Assembly (NCBI RefSeq): GCF_009914755.1
Contig: NC_060937.1
Length of the DNA stretch: 64,000 nt
From: the human T2T-CHM13v2.0 reference genome, Homo sapiens
Direction: 5' to 3' (one strand)
Part shown: positions 27,301 through 40,610 of the stretch, piece by piece
How positions within the stretch are numbered: position 1 is the stretch's first letter
How the letters are laid out: the number at the start of each line of letters is the position of its first letter
The notes under the pieces: generated by a model
Seen by the model: the letters and a program-made list of their open reading frames with translations, nothing else
Databases searched by the model: none
Told to the model about the DNA's origin: nothing
Made by a program: the position numbers and the translations under genes

Positions 27301-27699
27301 TAGCTAAGCTATTAATGTTTTACAGGTCAATTTTAAAATTATAAAACACATAAACAGAATTTGTAACATTATGTTTATATGAGTCACTGTACATCCAGTG
27401 ATGTGATTACTCCCAAAGGAAAAAAACAGGATTAAAACCAAGTGATTAAACTGTGGTCATAATACAGAGAATATCTCACAGATTAATCTTTTAATTTTTA
27501 TGTAATTTATTTTACCTCTTCTAGACCACATAGAATTTATAGCATTTCTTGAATCTTGTATCCCTTTTCATTCTAAATCCACTGCTCATTATTTTCATAA
27601 ATTTGTTTTCCTCAACACAAATTCTAATATTGCAGTTATTGTTAAGTGCCACTCAGTTTTTTTAAAGGTATTCCTAAATTAATGTCATCTTCTTATTGA

Positions 27700-29550
27700 A
27701 GAGTTATTTTGAGAGTCTTTTCTCTGCAGGTGGTACATTCATTTCTCCCCATTTGGCAGGACAAGTTTGAACACAGTTGCTTTCATATTCATTTTCATCA
27801 GGAATGCCAAATCTTGATACACTTTGTGACCTTTCTTATAAAGCCTTGAAAAACACAAACATAAAATATTATATGTGTTTGTTGCTAAACATATTAGTAT
27901 ATTTTATAAATTTTTGCACGTCCAAAAAGATTTTATTGTGCCTCCAGATGCAATTGCTGCTGATGCAAAACCGAATCAGTCATTCTTATTTTGTTGTATT
28001 GTGGGTAACTTGGCTTTGCTTCTGGATACATTTAGAATTTTCACTCTGCTTTGTGTTCCAAGATTTGACATAGTTATATTAAAGAGTAAGTCTTCAAATT
28101 TCTTCTGATTTCATTGATTGGATTCTTTCAATATGAAGACACATTTTTTAATCAGAATTTTTTTCTTTTATTTTTGCTGTAATTAACAACAAACTCATCA
28201 GTCTCTTCACTTTATTTTTCTTTCGTATTTTTAAACTCTTCATAGTTTTTATTGTAAACATTTGAGTACTCCTTTCACTTTGCCTTCAAAATCATTGAAG
28301 CTTAATTGATAGGTGTGTGTGTTTTAGTCGCAGAGCCACCAGCATTCAAAATGTAGCTGCCTACCAACAAGCTATATTGTTGTAGGCAAGTTACTCAAAT
28401 TCACTCGGAGTCAGTTTCCTCATTTATAAACGAGATGATAGGAGAATCAAATTTATGGATTTATTGTGAGAATTGGGTTAGTTAAGAATAATATCAAGTG
28501 TATAGAACAGTTCTTAACCCTTTATAACCATGAAGAAAAACATTATCTGTTTATTTTATGAAGGAGATAGCTTTTAGCCCTGCTAATATATTATTTGGTT
28601 TATTCATTGATTTTTTTCTATTCCAAAAATTGGTTAATTTTACTTGCTCTCTTTGCTGTTTATTTTCATATAGCTTAGTCTATTTTTCAGTATATTTTTG
28701 ACTACCTAACTTCTCCACAGAATTTCATTAGCATGTGTTGTTAGTATTGTTATTTTTAATGTTCTTTTCCTGAATAGTTTGGTATCAATGTGGTCCTTTA
28801 TCATGTCTTTGTTATTCCACATAGGTATGGTAATCATTGGTTTTTGGTTCATTTTTACATATAAAGACCATGTGTTTAACATAAAGAGTTGATAAAGACT
28901 TCCTTTTCAGTTTTGTGGGTCTGTTCCACAGGAGGTCTCTTCCTTAGTAAGGAAGGTTATGACAGGCACCATGTAAGAGGTTGCTTCACTGCAGAATGCC
29001 TAAACATAGCACAGTTTCCAAAGGAGGAGGACTTACTCCGACTATAGTCCTTCGGTAAATTTCATTACTAGGCAAAAGTCATGGTCTTCCATTTTTTTAA
29101 ATGTTCCCCTCAGAAGCTATGATTTCTTTTCTGGGGGGGCCTTGACATCTACATTTGCAGCTACCTGTGTACTATATCTGCCATGAATAAAGAGCAGTTC
29201 TTAGTTTTAAATCCAGCTGCAACCCTAGTAGGGCAGTGGGATAAAAGGAGGAAAGCTCAGGCTGGCTGAGATGTTTTAATTAAAGTTCTGTAATAAATTA
29301 CCTAGACGATCTCTTCTTCTCATCTTTTGTTCTTTGGATTTATTGACCCTAAGCTTAGAGCTTGTCTGAAGTCACATGGGAAGGAATCCTTTTCTCTGGT
29401 GTTCACAGGCGCTGGTTGCTTTTCTGTTTCCTCTTCCTAAGTTCAAACCTAATTTATTTTTACATATTCAAAAATCTTTCTGAACAATTTCTGCATACTT
29501 TTGTTTGTTTGTCTGTCTTTTAGCATGTTATGGTTACATCTTTCTAGTTT
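27700..29550 (-). mobile_element. Very old L1M(E) ORF1/5' remnant, boundaries approximate
   Basis: T-rich text such as gtgggtaacttggctttgcttctggatacatttagaattttcactctg resembles antisense L1M ORF1. Confidence 0.4.
28330..28550 (+). mobile_element. MIR
   Basis: ggcaagttactcaaattcactcggagtcagtttcctcatttataaa...gtgagaatt is the MIR core. Confidence 0.8.
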
Positions 29551-31884
29551 CTTTTAATAAAGGAGCTTCTCATTATCTAAGATGATCAGTTCCAGGAAAA
29601 ACAAAAAGTCACTCAAAGTAAATCATCTTAAAGCAAAGACTAAAATTTTATATAAGGAGAGGGCACAATAAAGTTTGTTTGGAAAATTAGCTTAAAATAA
29701 AAAATTAAATATTTTCAAGATCCTTGGTAAGTTTTTTCATCAGTGGTTAGCTGTTTTAAAGCTGTTTTAATACCGCCATGTATTATATTAGTTTTGCATA
29801 ATTTGCAATTCCAGTAGCTGCCGTTTTCTAGTATTACTTCCATTGCTTTCAAGAAATCCTGCATATATCTTTAGAATTTCAAGTTTGATTTTTGTAAATG
29901 TACATTATATTTATATTAGATTATGGGTTGTTCACAATATAGGACTGTGAAGGAGAAAATAGCTGACAAAATTGTGATGTGATAGCTAATATTAAATGAT
30001 ATGTATTCCATCAGTTCAGTAGAATGAAAAAATTTTTAAAAACTATGTTGTACTTTTTTATGTTTTAAATTATTTTGTAAACATTTTTTCTTTTGTAAGT
30101 CACAAACTCTATTTTCTAGACCTCATAAAAATCAATGATCTCAAATAGTTAATAGTTAAATGGCTAATAACGGTTGAATCTTCTGGAATGTTTTTTCTTA
30201 CCGTCCTTTTTATAAAGCTGCTTCAAATTAATTCATAATCACTTTTCAGTGTAATAATTTAGAGATGAACTCTTAATGGTTCTCATTTTTAGAGCATTAT
30301 TTTATCATGAAAGTTCATTCTAAATAATTTCTATATATTATATATACATATATTCTTTATTGCACACTTAATTTATACCACCAACTAGTAGTAAGAGGCA
30401 ACCTAAGATGTAATTTTTTGGGAAGAATCCCCAACATTTCCTCACCATAACTCTTTTTAACAGAGTAAGGCTTGAGTGATTGTTGGTTTCTTTGTGAAAG
30501 CCTGCTATCCATGATAAGACTTTCTAATTCCAGCCTATCAACAATCAACAGAAGGTCTACTACTTTACCAGTCTGTTCATTTTTATATGATGATTTCTTG
30601 GACACTGTCAGGAGGCCTGTGGCATAACTGCACAATATCTCTTTTTGTTAAAATATTTTTTAGCCTTTTGCCCTTATTGAAGTACATGTCCTTATCTACA
30701 GATATTCTCTACGTATATATTTGCAAGAGTCCAGTAAGGATCTTGGTTAAGTTACTTCGCTTTTATAGCCTACATTTACAAAATTGGAATTGTTCTATAT
30801 ATAATTCAGGTTTTCCTTAGTATTAGTCCGTAGCCATGTGGTAACAAAAATTTTTCTTACATATTGTGAAACGCAGCAAAATTTATCTTATATATACAAT
30901 ATTTGTGCAAATCAGTAACCAAACTCTGTTAATTTTAAAAGAAACCCTCCATTTTAATAAAATATATGCAAAGGATTCAAACTAAATGCTTTGTTCACAT
31001 AACAATTTGAGTGATTATTACCAAATATATTAGTTCTAAGTAACTCTAATCTATGTAAACATATATGATTATGGAGTATAAATGTTAACTCACTTTATTA
31101 TCTAGAAAATTCCAATTTGATTATGTTGAGACTTTCAGTAAAGAGGAAAAAACTGAAGTAATAGTCTTTATTCATTAACTAGGATGAAAGAATGATTGAT
31201 TGATTGTTTAATATTTAAACTGTTCTTCCATGTGCATTGAATTAACTCCTCTGTTGATAGGGTAGCTGTCATGCATAATGCTTAGACAGCTTAAATAACG
31301 AATTATTTCATTAGAGGAACGGCAGTATCATCATTGTTATTTGTTATTCATACAAATTATGCTAATTATTACCATGTCATATTTTAAGAAGCTTAGATGA
31401 AGTCCCTCAAAATTAAGCAATAGTTTTAGGACAATAAAGTAATATACTAAGACATTCCATTTGCAAAATAAGGGTTATATTAGCCATGATTTTAGAAGAT
31501 GACTTTTAATCTGTGACTCTACCATTTATTTTTCATGTATTCTGGATCTATTCATATTTATTTAATGTCATTCATTTATAATGACTTATAAATAATAAGA
31601 ATGGCATACTTTTATCTTTTTTTAATTTATAGAGTTAAATGTTGTGTATGATTATTAAACATTTTCTCACTAGTCCATTTTAACTCAGCTGTAATAAGTG
31701 ATATTCATACCTGGCATTTGGACTGCTGAAGTCCGTCAAGAGGCCATAATTACATAGCTCTTCTCTTGTATTTATTGTGTACTAAGATAATTGGAAAACT
31801 ATATTTCTGAATTTCAGATGTTCAACTAGTATCCTGACAGAGAGAACATAATACTGTTAAGGTTACTCAAAAAAAAATATGGCA

Positions 31885-32350
31885 GACCAATTTAATTCAG
31901 TTTTTATTGAAGGGAAGCTATTTCTGTTAGATACAATGGTGTATGCAGAGTTTTAAAAAACCATCTTTGTCCTCTAGGTCTTTAAAGTGTGGCAATGGAT
32001 CAAGGTGAAACAATAATTAAATAAAAATGATAATGAAAAACAAAATAAAATGTGTGTCATAAGAAATTATAAATAAATTGTTATGCAGTCCAAGAAAGGG
32101 GAAATCACATCCAATTATAAGCAATTAGGACAGGACTTTCACTTAGGTGGGACTTACAGGGATGTTAAAAGATGACTTTAAGAAATTTTAAAACAAAAGG
32201 ATTAATATAATTTTCATATGTAGAGATGAAGTGCTGAAGGCATTCTAATTAAAAAGGAAAATACTTGAAAACATAAGGCATATTTAAGAAATGCCAATTA
32301 GTTCAGGATCAGAAATGCATGTAAGTGCTGTGTGTTAATGAATACTGCTT
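31885..32350 (-). mobile_element. L2 3' fragment
   Basis: aattcagtttttattgaag...ctttgtcctctaggtcttta antisense L2-like text. Confidence 0.45.
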
Positions 32351-32450
32351 TATTTCACTACCTTATTCTTTTTCAACCTTCACTCTGGAAAAGCAAAATC
32401 CTGTTCTCCTGTCACCATAAGAGAAGTAAAAGCTGAGAAAGATGGAGCAG

Positions 32451-32512
32451 ATATATATATATATATATATATACATACATATATATATATATGTATGTAT
32501 ATATATATATAT
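32451..32512. repeat. (TA)n/(TACA) microsatellite
   Basis: Read directly from the sequence. Confidence 0.95.
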
Positions 32513-32918
32513 TTAAAAGAAAAACTTTAGACAAGTTAAATTTAACAGAGTCTATTTTTGCAAAAAAAACTATTCATGAATCAGGCAGCACTCTAATCCA
32601 GGAGAGGTTTAGAGAGTTCCATCCAGGAACATGGACTGGCAGCATTTGTAGCCAGAAAAAGAAATTGACACACAGAAGCAGCTTTATTGGTTATAGCTTA
32701 GCATTTGCCTTATATGAACATGATCTGGTAGGTTGCCCACCTGTGATTGGCTAAAGCTTGGCTGCTGTGATTGGCTAAGACACAGATGTTTGTTACAAAA
32801 ATATACTCTTAGGTTACAGTACTTTTTTTTTTTTTAAATACTAAGTTAGGTTGCAGTTTTCTATGTAGAAATTCAAAATACAGAGGCAGTTTTAGGTCAA
32901 ATGTAATGTAATTTAACA
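32513..32918 (-). mobile_element. ERV1 solo LTR (MER57/MER93-like)
   Basis: The minus strand begins TGTTAAATTAC...GACCTAAAACTGCCTC and ends TTGTCTAAAGTTTTTCTTTTAA; two CCAAT boxes. Confidence 0.8.
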
Positions 32919-32964
32919 ATTTGTATCTTGGTTTTGTTTCACTAAAATACACTATATTTGTGTT

Positions 32965-33248
32965 CTGAGACAGAGTCTCACTCTGTCACACAACTGAAGG
33001 GCGGTGGTACAATCTCGGCTCACTGCAATCTCCCCCTCCTGGGTTCAAGCAATTCTCATGCGTCAGCCTCCCAAGCAACTGGGAGTACAGGCCTGTGCCA
33101 GTAAGCCAGACTAAGTTTTGTATTTTCAGTAAAGACAGGGTTTCACCATATTGGCCAGGCTGGTCTTGAACTCCTGACCTCAAGTGATCCACTGGCCTCA
33201 GCCTCCTGAAGTGCTGGGATTACAGGCATGAGCCACCACACTGGGCTT
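32965..33248 (-). mobile_element. AluS with eroded tail
   Basis: Antisense Alu body, no poly-T. Confidence 0.92.
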
Positions 33249-35649
33249 AAAATGCACTTTAGAAATTTTCCAATCATACACCAGAAGGGTCATGGAGTAA
33301 AGATTTGAAGGTGATGTTTTTCACTTTATTCCTGAGTGAAAACTTCCTTAGGTAAGAAGAAACTGAAAAAAGTCATGAGGACCAACTCCAGCTACCACGG
33401 TTCCACATATACCTTTTTTTAGGTAACTATTCTGGGACAACCATCTGCAGTTGTACTTTCCATTAGATGAGTCAACATATTCTGAGCAATATGTTTCAAT
33501 GTCTGTCATTTTAAAGAGAGTCAAGAAGTCATTCTTCTTAAATTATAGCTTATTGTGCACATTTTCAGATAATTAATGTTCAGAACATTATATTTTAACT
33601 AATTATTTCTGAAAATAGCACATTTTTAATGTATAGCCTAATTCTGTACCTTCTTGGAGTCAGAAAACACAAAAGAATCATATTGCTGGCATTACTGAGC
33701 AGTTTTAAGAACAGTCAGTTTGGAAAAAACAAAATTGGGACTCAGAGCAAAAGAATATTTTATACAAAACATTTTTGTCCATTAGTATTCCAGTTCTTGA
33801 TCTTACTGTTCTTAGATATCATGACCTTTTTATTTCCTATTCACCACATGCATTGTATTTAATATAATGTATTATGGCTTAATTCAAATTCATTAAACTA
33901 CACAATTAGCTGCATATTTTAATGCTTTTTCTATGCTTTCCCTCCCCCCCAAAAAAAAATGATTCTCAGAAATTTACACATTAAAAGCAAATGGATGTCC
34001 TTGAGAAAGGTTCAGTAACTGGGCCTTAGTAAATATTATAAAAACAATAATTTCTTCATCAGTATGAGAAACCAGTTTCAGAAAGCTTGAAGAATATGAA
34101 TTAAGTGTTCTCTCGGAGAAATGGAAAAGGTTAAAATTCATCATTTTAACTGATAGGCTTTATACGGGAAAATAAGTAATGCAAAGAATACCAAATGCAG
34201 TTTTAATTTTGTTGTTTTCCCAAATACATTTTTTAAGGGAAAAATAGTTTAATTATTTCAATTGTAAACATGCTTATGATAATTATTGATTTTATGTTTA
34301 ATTGTCCTTAATAAGATGTATCTCTGAGTTTTAAAACACTGAATAAAAAAATTATCACCATTTTACTTTTAAATGCAGTGCAACATGTAAATTGTAATTT
34401 TAATTATTTCATGTTTTATGTGGTTAGATTATCTCTGAGCCTGTCTTTCATGGGTACACAGAAATAGAATTAATTGCAATTGTAAACTTAAAACACCAAT
34501 GTATTCGCAAGACTATGAAATCAGGTTTTTTACAAAAACTATTATTTCTATCTTTTAGCTTTTCTTCATTTCCTGGGGAGCAAAATTAGATAAAGTGCAA
34601 GGTCATCAGCTCTTCTACCAAAAAAGGAAAAATTAGTAGTGGTAGAGTTTGACACCAAGATGAATATTTTTTTTCTTAGTTTAACCTTGTTCTGATTAAT
34701 GCTCTGCCAAAGATTGCTGCTATCAATGAGTGATATGGAATCAGTTCCTTTATTTACAAGAGAAATGAGAAAGGTTCTCTCCCCAAGCCTAAATATTATA
34801 GATTATCTACAGACAACAGGAATCAGAGGATTGCTATATTTCACAGGAATTTTGTTGAGTTTGCTATTTTTGTCTCCTAGTTTCTTAATCTACAAGGCAA
34901 AAACCCTTGGAAAGAACCACTAACAGTGTTCCTACCACAAATGAAGAGCACAAAATTCCTGAACATAGTTATTAAAGGGGACAAGAGAATGTTATCTTAA
35001 GGAATATTAATGAAAAGCTTTGGTTTTATTTAAACAAAAGGGAATTTGTATGACTGATTCCAAAGGGAGCTTGTGGGACCTACAGGAGTAGGCTAGACAG
35101 CAGAATAGAGATTAGAACCCAAAAACAGAATTCCCTTCACATGAGGGCTTATATTTAACCAAATGGAGTTGTGGAATTCTTTTGTAAAGGGTAAAAGAAG
35201 GGCTGGAAGCTTGATTTTTCCAGAGGCATTTATGTTTATGTGAGTGAGAAAGAGCATGAAGGATAGACAATGACAGTAATACATCCTTGATACTGGCACC
35301 AGACAAAAAGCCAAAGTGGAACCCAGTGGCCAAGGCTGGCCAGGAATTACTGAGGTGAGCTGGACAGGCTATGATTAAATACACAGATACTCAGGAAAGA
35401 ATTCCTGGTCCATTCTTATGAAACTTCTATGTACAAACACATTTCTAATGTCATTGTCTCTTTCAACCCTATGTCTCTTGCCTTGTATTTTTCTACTCAG
35501 TTTTCCATATCTTAGGCAATATCTCAACATTTAAGATAAATGTAATCTACTTATTACATTACCAAATAGTGCATTTGAAGCTAATCTTTCCAATCTTATT
35601 TCTTAATCTTAAAATTTTTTTCAAATATTACTTTAATTTTAAATTAAGT

Positions 35650-35800
35650 AGACCATGCTAACTATGTAATCTTGTAAAGTTTTTTAACCTCTGATTTTTT
35701 TCATCTGTAAAATGTGGACAATCAGACTTCAAAGTGTTGAGAGGATTAAATGGCATGATATGTGTAAATTGGTAAGTAGCGAAAAATAAATGACTATTAT
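35650..35800 (+). mobile_element. MIR fragment
   Basis: taacctctga...tcatctgtaaaatg...gaggattaaatg. Confidence 0.7.
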
Positions 35801-36471
35801 TAATGATTTATTGTAAATTTTGCTTTAGTCTTTTAATTTTGTACTTTTACATTTCTGCAGATTGCTAAATATAATGTCTGTTTTCATGATAGCTTGGACA
35901 TATCACAATGGCACAGTCCATTTACCTAATTATTATCTTGGAAAATTTGGCACATAGCTTTCCTTTGTTGTGGTTCCAGCTTGTTTAATCCCAGGGCTAG
36001 AGATGAGAGGAGTGAGGTCAATAAAATCTCCTCAACACTCTCAAGCTATTTACCATAATGAGCAATTAATTTCCTCTCTGGGATGTTTTCATACGAAGTT
36101 CTCCATTGGACATGAAAATAGAATAAAATATAAACTTGGAATATTTGCTAATAAAAGTCTAAATGCACATCCTGTACATCTAGAAGCAACATAGATTATC
36201 CACTTTTATAAATTTGTATTTAAAGTTTTTATTTAGATAGAGATTGAAGTGGCCTAAGTTATTGATATAATTTAAATAGTTTTTACTGTTGTGAGAATTT
36301 TTTTCCTTAAGGTAGTTGAGTACAATTATATTGAACACATTTTAGCTAACTAGCTTTTACACATAGAGTAATAAAGGCAAAATTAGTCACAACATGTTTC
36401 ATTCTCGGTATTGCTTATCTTTTGTTCATATAAGTAGGCATTTTTCAAGTTCAGTTTTATTAACACCATGT

Positions 36472-36740
36472 CTATTTTACTCAGGTGGTTAGTGCACATT
36501 GCTAATGAAGCCAAGGGCATGGGTGACATCAGTTTTCGGGCCAATTAGTTTTACTCTGCCAACAGACCATAACACTAAACTAAGGCAAATTGTGCTAAAA
36601 TTGAATGCCCTTTATTACGAGGCAGCCAGAAATGGAACATATGTGATTCGTTTATCCCAACTGGAAATACAACTCAGTGTCCATGTCGGTACAGGTCAAA
36701 TCACTATAGACTTACATAAACACAGCACATTATTATTATT
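36472..36740 (+). mobile_element. tRNA-Ile-derived ancient SINE (MamSINE1-like)
   Basis: The head ctcaggtggttagtgcacattgctaatgaagccaagggcatgggt resembles tRNA-Ile(AAT); later gggccaattagttt, ctggaaatacaactca and cagcacatta(tta)n match recalled MamSINE1 landmarks. Confidence 0.7.
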
Positions 36741-39129
36741 TTTAATTACCTTTATTTCTCTAGGTTCTTGCTTTTTTCTCAGATTACTTTGAGACAAATT
36801 AGTTCATTGATATTTAAATCACTTTAATTTGAATATTTTTAATTTGAATACCCCGTGCATGTATACTCCGAATCAGAGAGATGAATAGTAGTTTTTATTA
36901 TGGGCATTCTATTGATACCTAGATTTAGAATTCTTACAAAGAGTTTAACTTTTGTTTTATTTTCCATGAGCCCACAAATAAAAATATTATTTGAACTTTT
37001 AGGTCAGTTTCTGTTTCACCATTAAGTTTGATTGATGACTTCTATTCATAGCAGTAGTATATGAGTTAGGTTTATGATTCCCAGAGGAGTGTTGAGCCTT
37101 TAGAACTGCACATACACCTCTTACCATTAGTTAGCCCCTAAAAGTGTGACTGAACATTTCAAAACAGCTTATAAATCATTACAATTAACAACTTTCAAAC
37201 TGTCCATCCAAAGCGACTGGCTTGACATGCCATCTGTTATTTTTTCTTTAAAACCCTGTAGTCTGTTTATTTAAGGCAGCCATTTAACATTTAAAATGAT
37301 GTTTCTTTTTAAGGTGTATGATGGGCTAATGAAGACAAGCTTTTGTTTTAATTATCAACAATTTTTGTGATGCAATATAATTTTTGCAGTGCTCAGGGCC
37401 CTTTACAAATCAAAAGGAATCCAACTAAAACAGTAATTAATGTCAAATGACTAGTCACAAAAGGCCCTATTTAATTAAAAAGTTCTAATCTTTGATTAAA
37501 CCTCATCACACATTCTCCTGATTGCAAACTGTTGTCTGAAAAAGGAATGTAATTGGGTACATAGTTTATTGTGTCTCTAAAATGACACCTGCAAATTATA
37601 TAAAATGACTATGGTCTGCTTAAAGTTGAAAATTATTCTTAAGTCATGTTTTTATGTGAGTTTTTTTTGTCCTTTTGCAACTGTAATTGGAAGCCTTGTT
37701 TTTCATTAAATAGTTTACAAGCTAAAAAATAGAAAAAAAATTTACTTATGAATTCAAAATCTGTTAATAAGTATATTTTGGACCAGTATTTTTCTTGAAG
37801 TTGAAATCCAAGAGTATCTTTATTCTTGTAAAATCAATAAAAATGTAAGAAAAATTCAAAAATTGGGTCTAATCATGATTACATATTTGTGCTTATAATT
37901 ACAAATTTTTCAAATCCACATTTTAAAAATTTGTATGTTATAATGCATATTGTTTTTAACTGCACAGTGAAATCGTTGATGGATAATTCAGTTTTCTTGT
38001 ATTTACTGCCTTCCATTTCACTTTTTAATTTTGTTAGATTTATTTATAAGATTCCTATGTTGGGACATAAATGATGCTTTATTATATTTAGGTCATTAAA
38101 AATAGGTATAATCCTAACTGGACTTAAAAACAGAAGTTTGTTGGCATATTACTGAATGGAACATACAGTCATGTATTTTTTTTTCTTTTTTCATTATGAT
38201 AGCAAGGAGATAAACAATATTCAGTTCAATAACATAATGCTCACTCAAGTTTTAATTGATCTTTTATACAGTAATGTTATCTTTCAAACCATGTTACTAC
38301 TATTTATATCCATATCCAATCAACTTTATGCCAATCTTATGTACCATTCTAACATCACCTGTGCCATTTTAACCATTTCTATTGTGCCCAAAGAAAATAA
38401 TAAAAGAAGAATTTAAGAAAAGCTAGAGAGAAAAAGATCAAAGGCATCCATTCAGTACCTACTGCTGCCCTATGTGTGGCATTAAATATATACCCCTTCA
38501 TTTAACCTACCAATCAAATCATTTATCATCTATACGTTATAGAAAACTTAGCACATTTATGACATGGAATCTCTATAACAGTTCAAGGAAATGTAAATAT
38601 TACATTCATTGTAGTGATTAAACCACGAAAAGTGTAACTAAAACTTTTTAACAGCAAGTACTTTTGCTTATGACAGTTTAGTATCTCATACATTATTTTT
38701 AATTCTATGATCCAGCTAATGACTAAAGAAATAAAAATGCTTTCTTGAGTCTCCCTTTTAGAATAGAATTAAGTACTTGATTAATTATCATAACACATCT
38801 TAAAGTGTAACATCAAGTCATTTGTATGTATGACTTATATGAATAAAGCAGTTTGCTAAAATTTGTGGAACTGCCACTTCAGTAAAAAATGGAATTAACT
38901 TCATAAGGATAATTGAAATAATAAAGCAAATTAAGACATGTCATAAAATGATTCCAAAATTAATCTTGTCAAGTATTCAACATATAATGACAAAATTGAT
39001 AACCATCTACCTAAAATGAAAATACAAATATAAATTCTTATTGAATTTTGATGACTCTCTTCCTTGAACATTTAAGACTACTATAATCTTTTTATATGTA
39101 ATAAATTATCTAATTCTGGAGACAATTTC

Positions 39130-39270
39130 TATGATAAGGTGTACAAAAGAACAATTCTACCAGCAGGAAAATTTTATTCAAGAGTATTGTGATAGGGAAG
39201 AGAGATGGAACTCAACTCCCCTAAAACAAAAGGCAGAAAAAGTTTAAATACTGGGATGAGGTACTGCAAA
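39130..39270 (-). mobile_element. ERV1 LTR fragment (MER4-group)
   Basis: ttttattcaagagtattgtgatagggaagagagatggaactcaactcc. Confidence 0.45.
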
Positions 39271-39917
39271 AGTATATGATATACACACACTCCTATTTAT
39301 TTTTATATCAATGTTGGTAACCATGAGTAAATACCAGTACTTCTAATTCCACTGCAAAACTATGGAGTCACACGACTTCCACCCACTTCCAAATTTATAT
39401 TCTGCTTCCTGGAGTGTGAAATATGTTTGCATCATCTTAATCCTCCTGTATGTAGCCAACCTCCCAATGCTGTTAATGCTGCTACACCCTCACATTGGGC
39501 CCTACACTGACTTGAACGTGCCTAATATCGGGCTGCCTACCTCATTTGGATTTGTCTAATGGATTTTTGACAATGGAAGGAAGTAAAGAAGAGTAGAAGA
39601 GACAAGGTGGAAAGAACACCTGTAAACCCTCTACTAGATTTAGCTTTTGTAAATATTTTGTCACATTTGCTTTCTCATTCTCTTTCTTTCTCTTCTCTAC
39701 ATGGCATGTATGTATAAACATACGCATCCATTAAGTGTATATGCATATACATATCATCTGTGTATACACATGCATTACTTTCTGAATCATTTGAAAATAA
39801 GGTTTACAAATCACAGCCATGCACTCCCAAATATTTTAATGTGTATTTCCTTAAAATAAGGATATTGCCTTAAATAACCCCCTGTAGACTTACTGCCATC
39901 AAAATATAACATTGATA

Positions 39918-40305
39918 CAGTCATCCCTTGGTATGGGTGGTGGAGAAATTCGTTCCAACAACCTCCAAGAACCTACGCTGATACCAAATTTGAGAAATGC
40001 TCAAGTCCCTTATTTTAAATGACACAAAAAAATAAAAATAAATAAATTAGTTGGGCATGGTGGCACGTATCTGTAGTCCCAACTACTCAGGAGGCTGAGA
40101 CAGGAAGAACGCTTAAGCCCAGGACCCCAGGAGCTCCAGGCTGCAGTGAGCTATGATCACGCCACTGCACTCCAGCCTGTGCAGCAGAGTGAGACCCTGT
40201 CTTAATAAATAAATAAATAAATAAAATGACATAGTGTGACCCACTGTATCTGCCAATTCTACATTCACAGATTCAACAAACCGTGGATCGAAATACAGCA
40301 TTTTC
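39918..40305 (+). mobile_element. MER2/MER2B-like Tigger-family DNA transposon fragment, interrupted by an Alu monomer
   Basis: TA|CAGTCATCCCTTGGTAT...gataccaaa...tgctcaagtcccttat; resumes with gattcaacaaaccgtggatcgaaatacag. Confidence 0.75.
40027..40225 (+). mobile_element. Alu right monomer (AluJ/FRAM-like)
   Basis: Right-arm sequence with (TAAA)n tail; aaatgaca on both sides. Confidence 0.88.
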
Positions 40306-40306
40306 T

Positions 40307-40610
40307 GCCCTGTATGGTGGCACATGCCTGTAATCTCAGCTCCTTGGGAAGCCAAGATGGGTGGATCACTTGAGCCCAGGAGTTTGAGACCAGCCTATAC
40401 AACATGGTGAAACCCTATCTCTATAAAATACAAAAATTAGCCTGCTGTGGTGGCAGGTGCCTATAGTCCCAGTTACTTAGGAGGCTGAGGTGGGAGAATC
40501 ACTTAAGCCCGGGAGGTTGAGCCTGCAGTGAGCGGTGATTTCACCACTGCACTACAGCCTGGGCAACAGAGCAAAACTTTGTCTCAAACAGAGAAAAAAG
40601 GAAAAAAAGA
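40307..40610 (+). mobile_element. AluJ
   Basis: Full Alu; TSD AAATACAGCATTTTCT (40291-40306) / AAATACAGTATTTTCT (40611-40626). Confidence 0.93.

Noticed and set aside
36472-36545. Functional tRNA-Ile gene
   Set aside because: B box (GGTTCGA) and acceptor stem are degenerate; the sequence continues as a SINE body.
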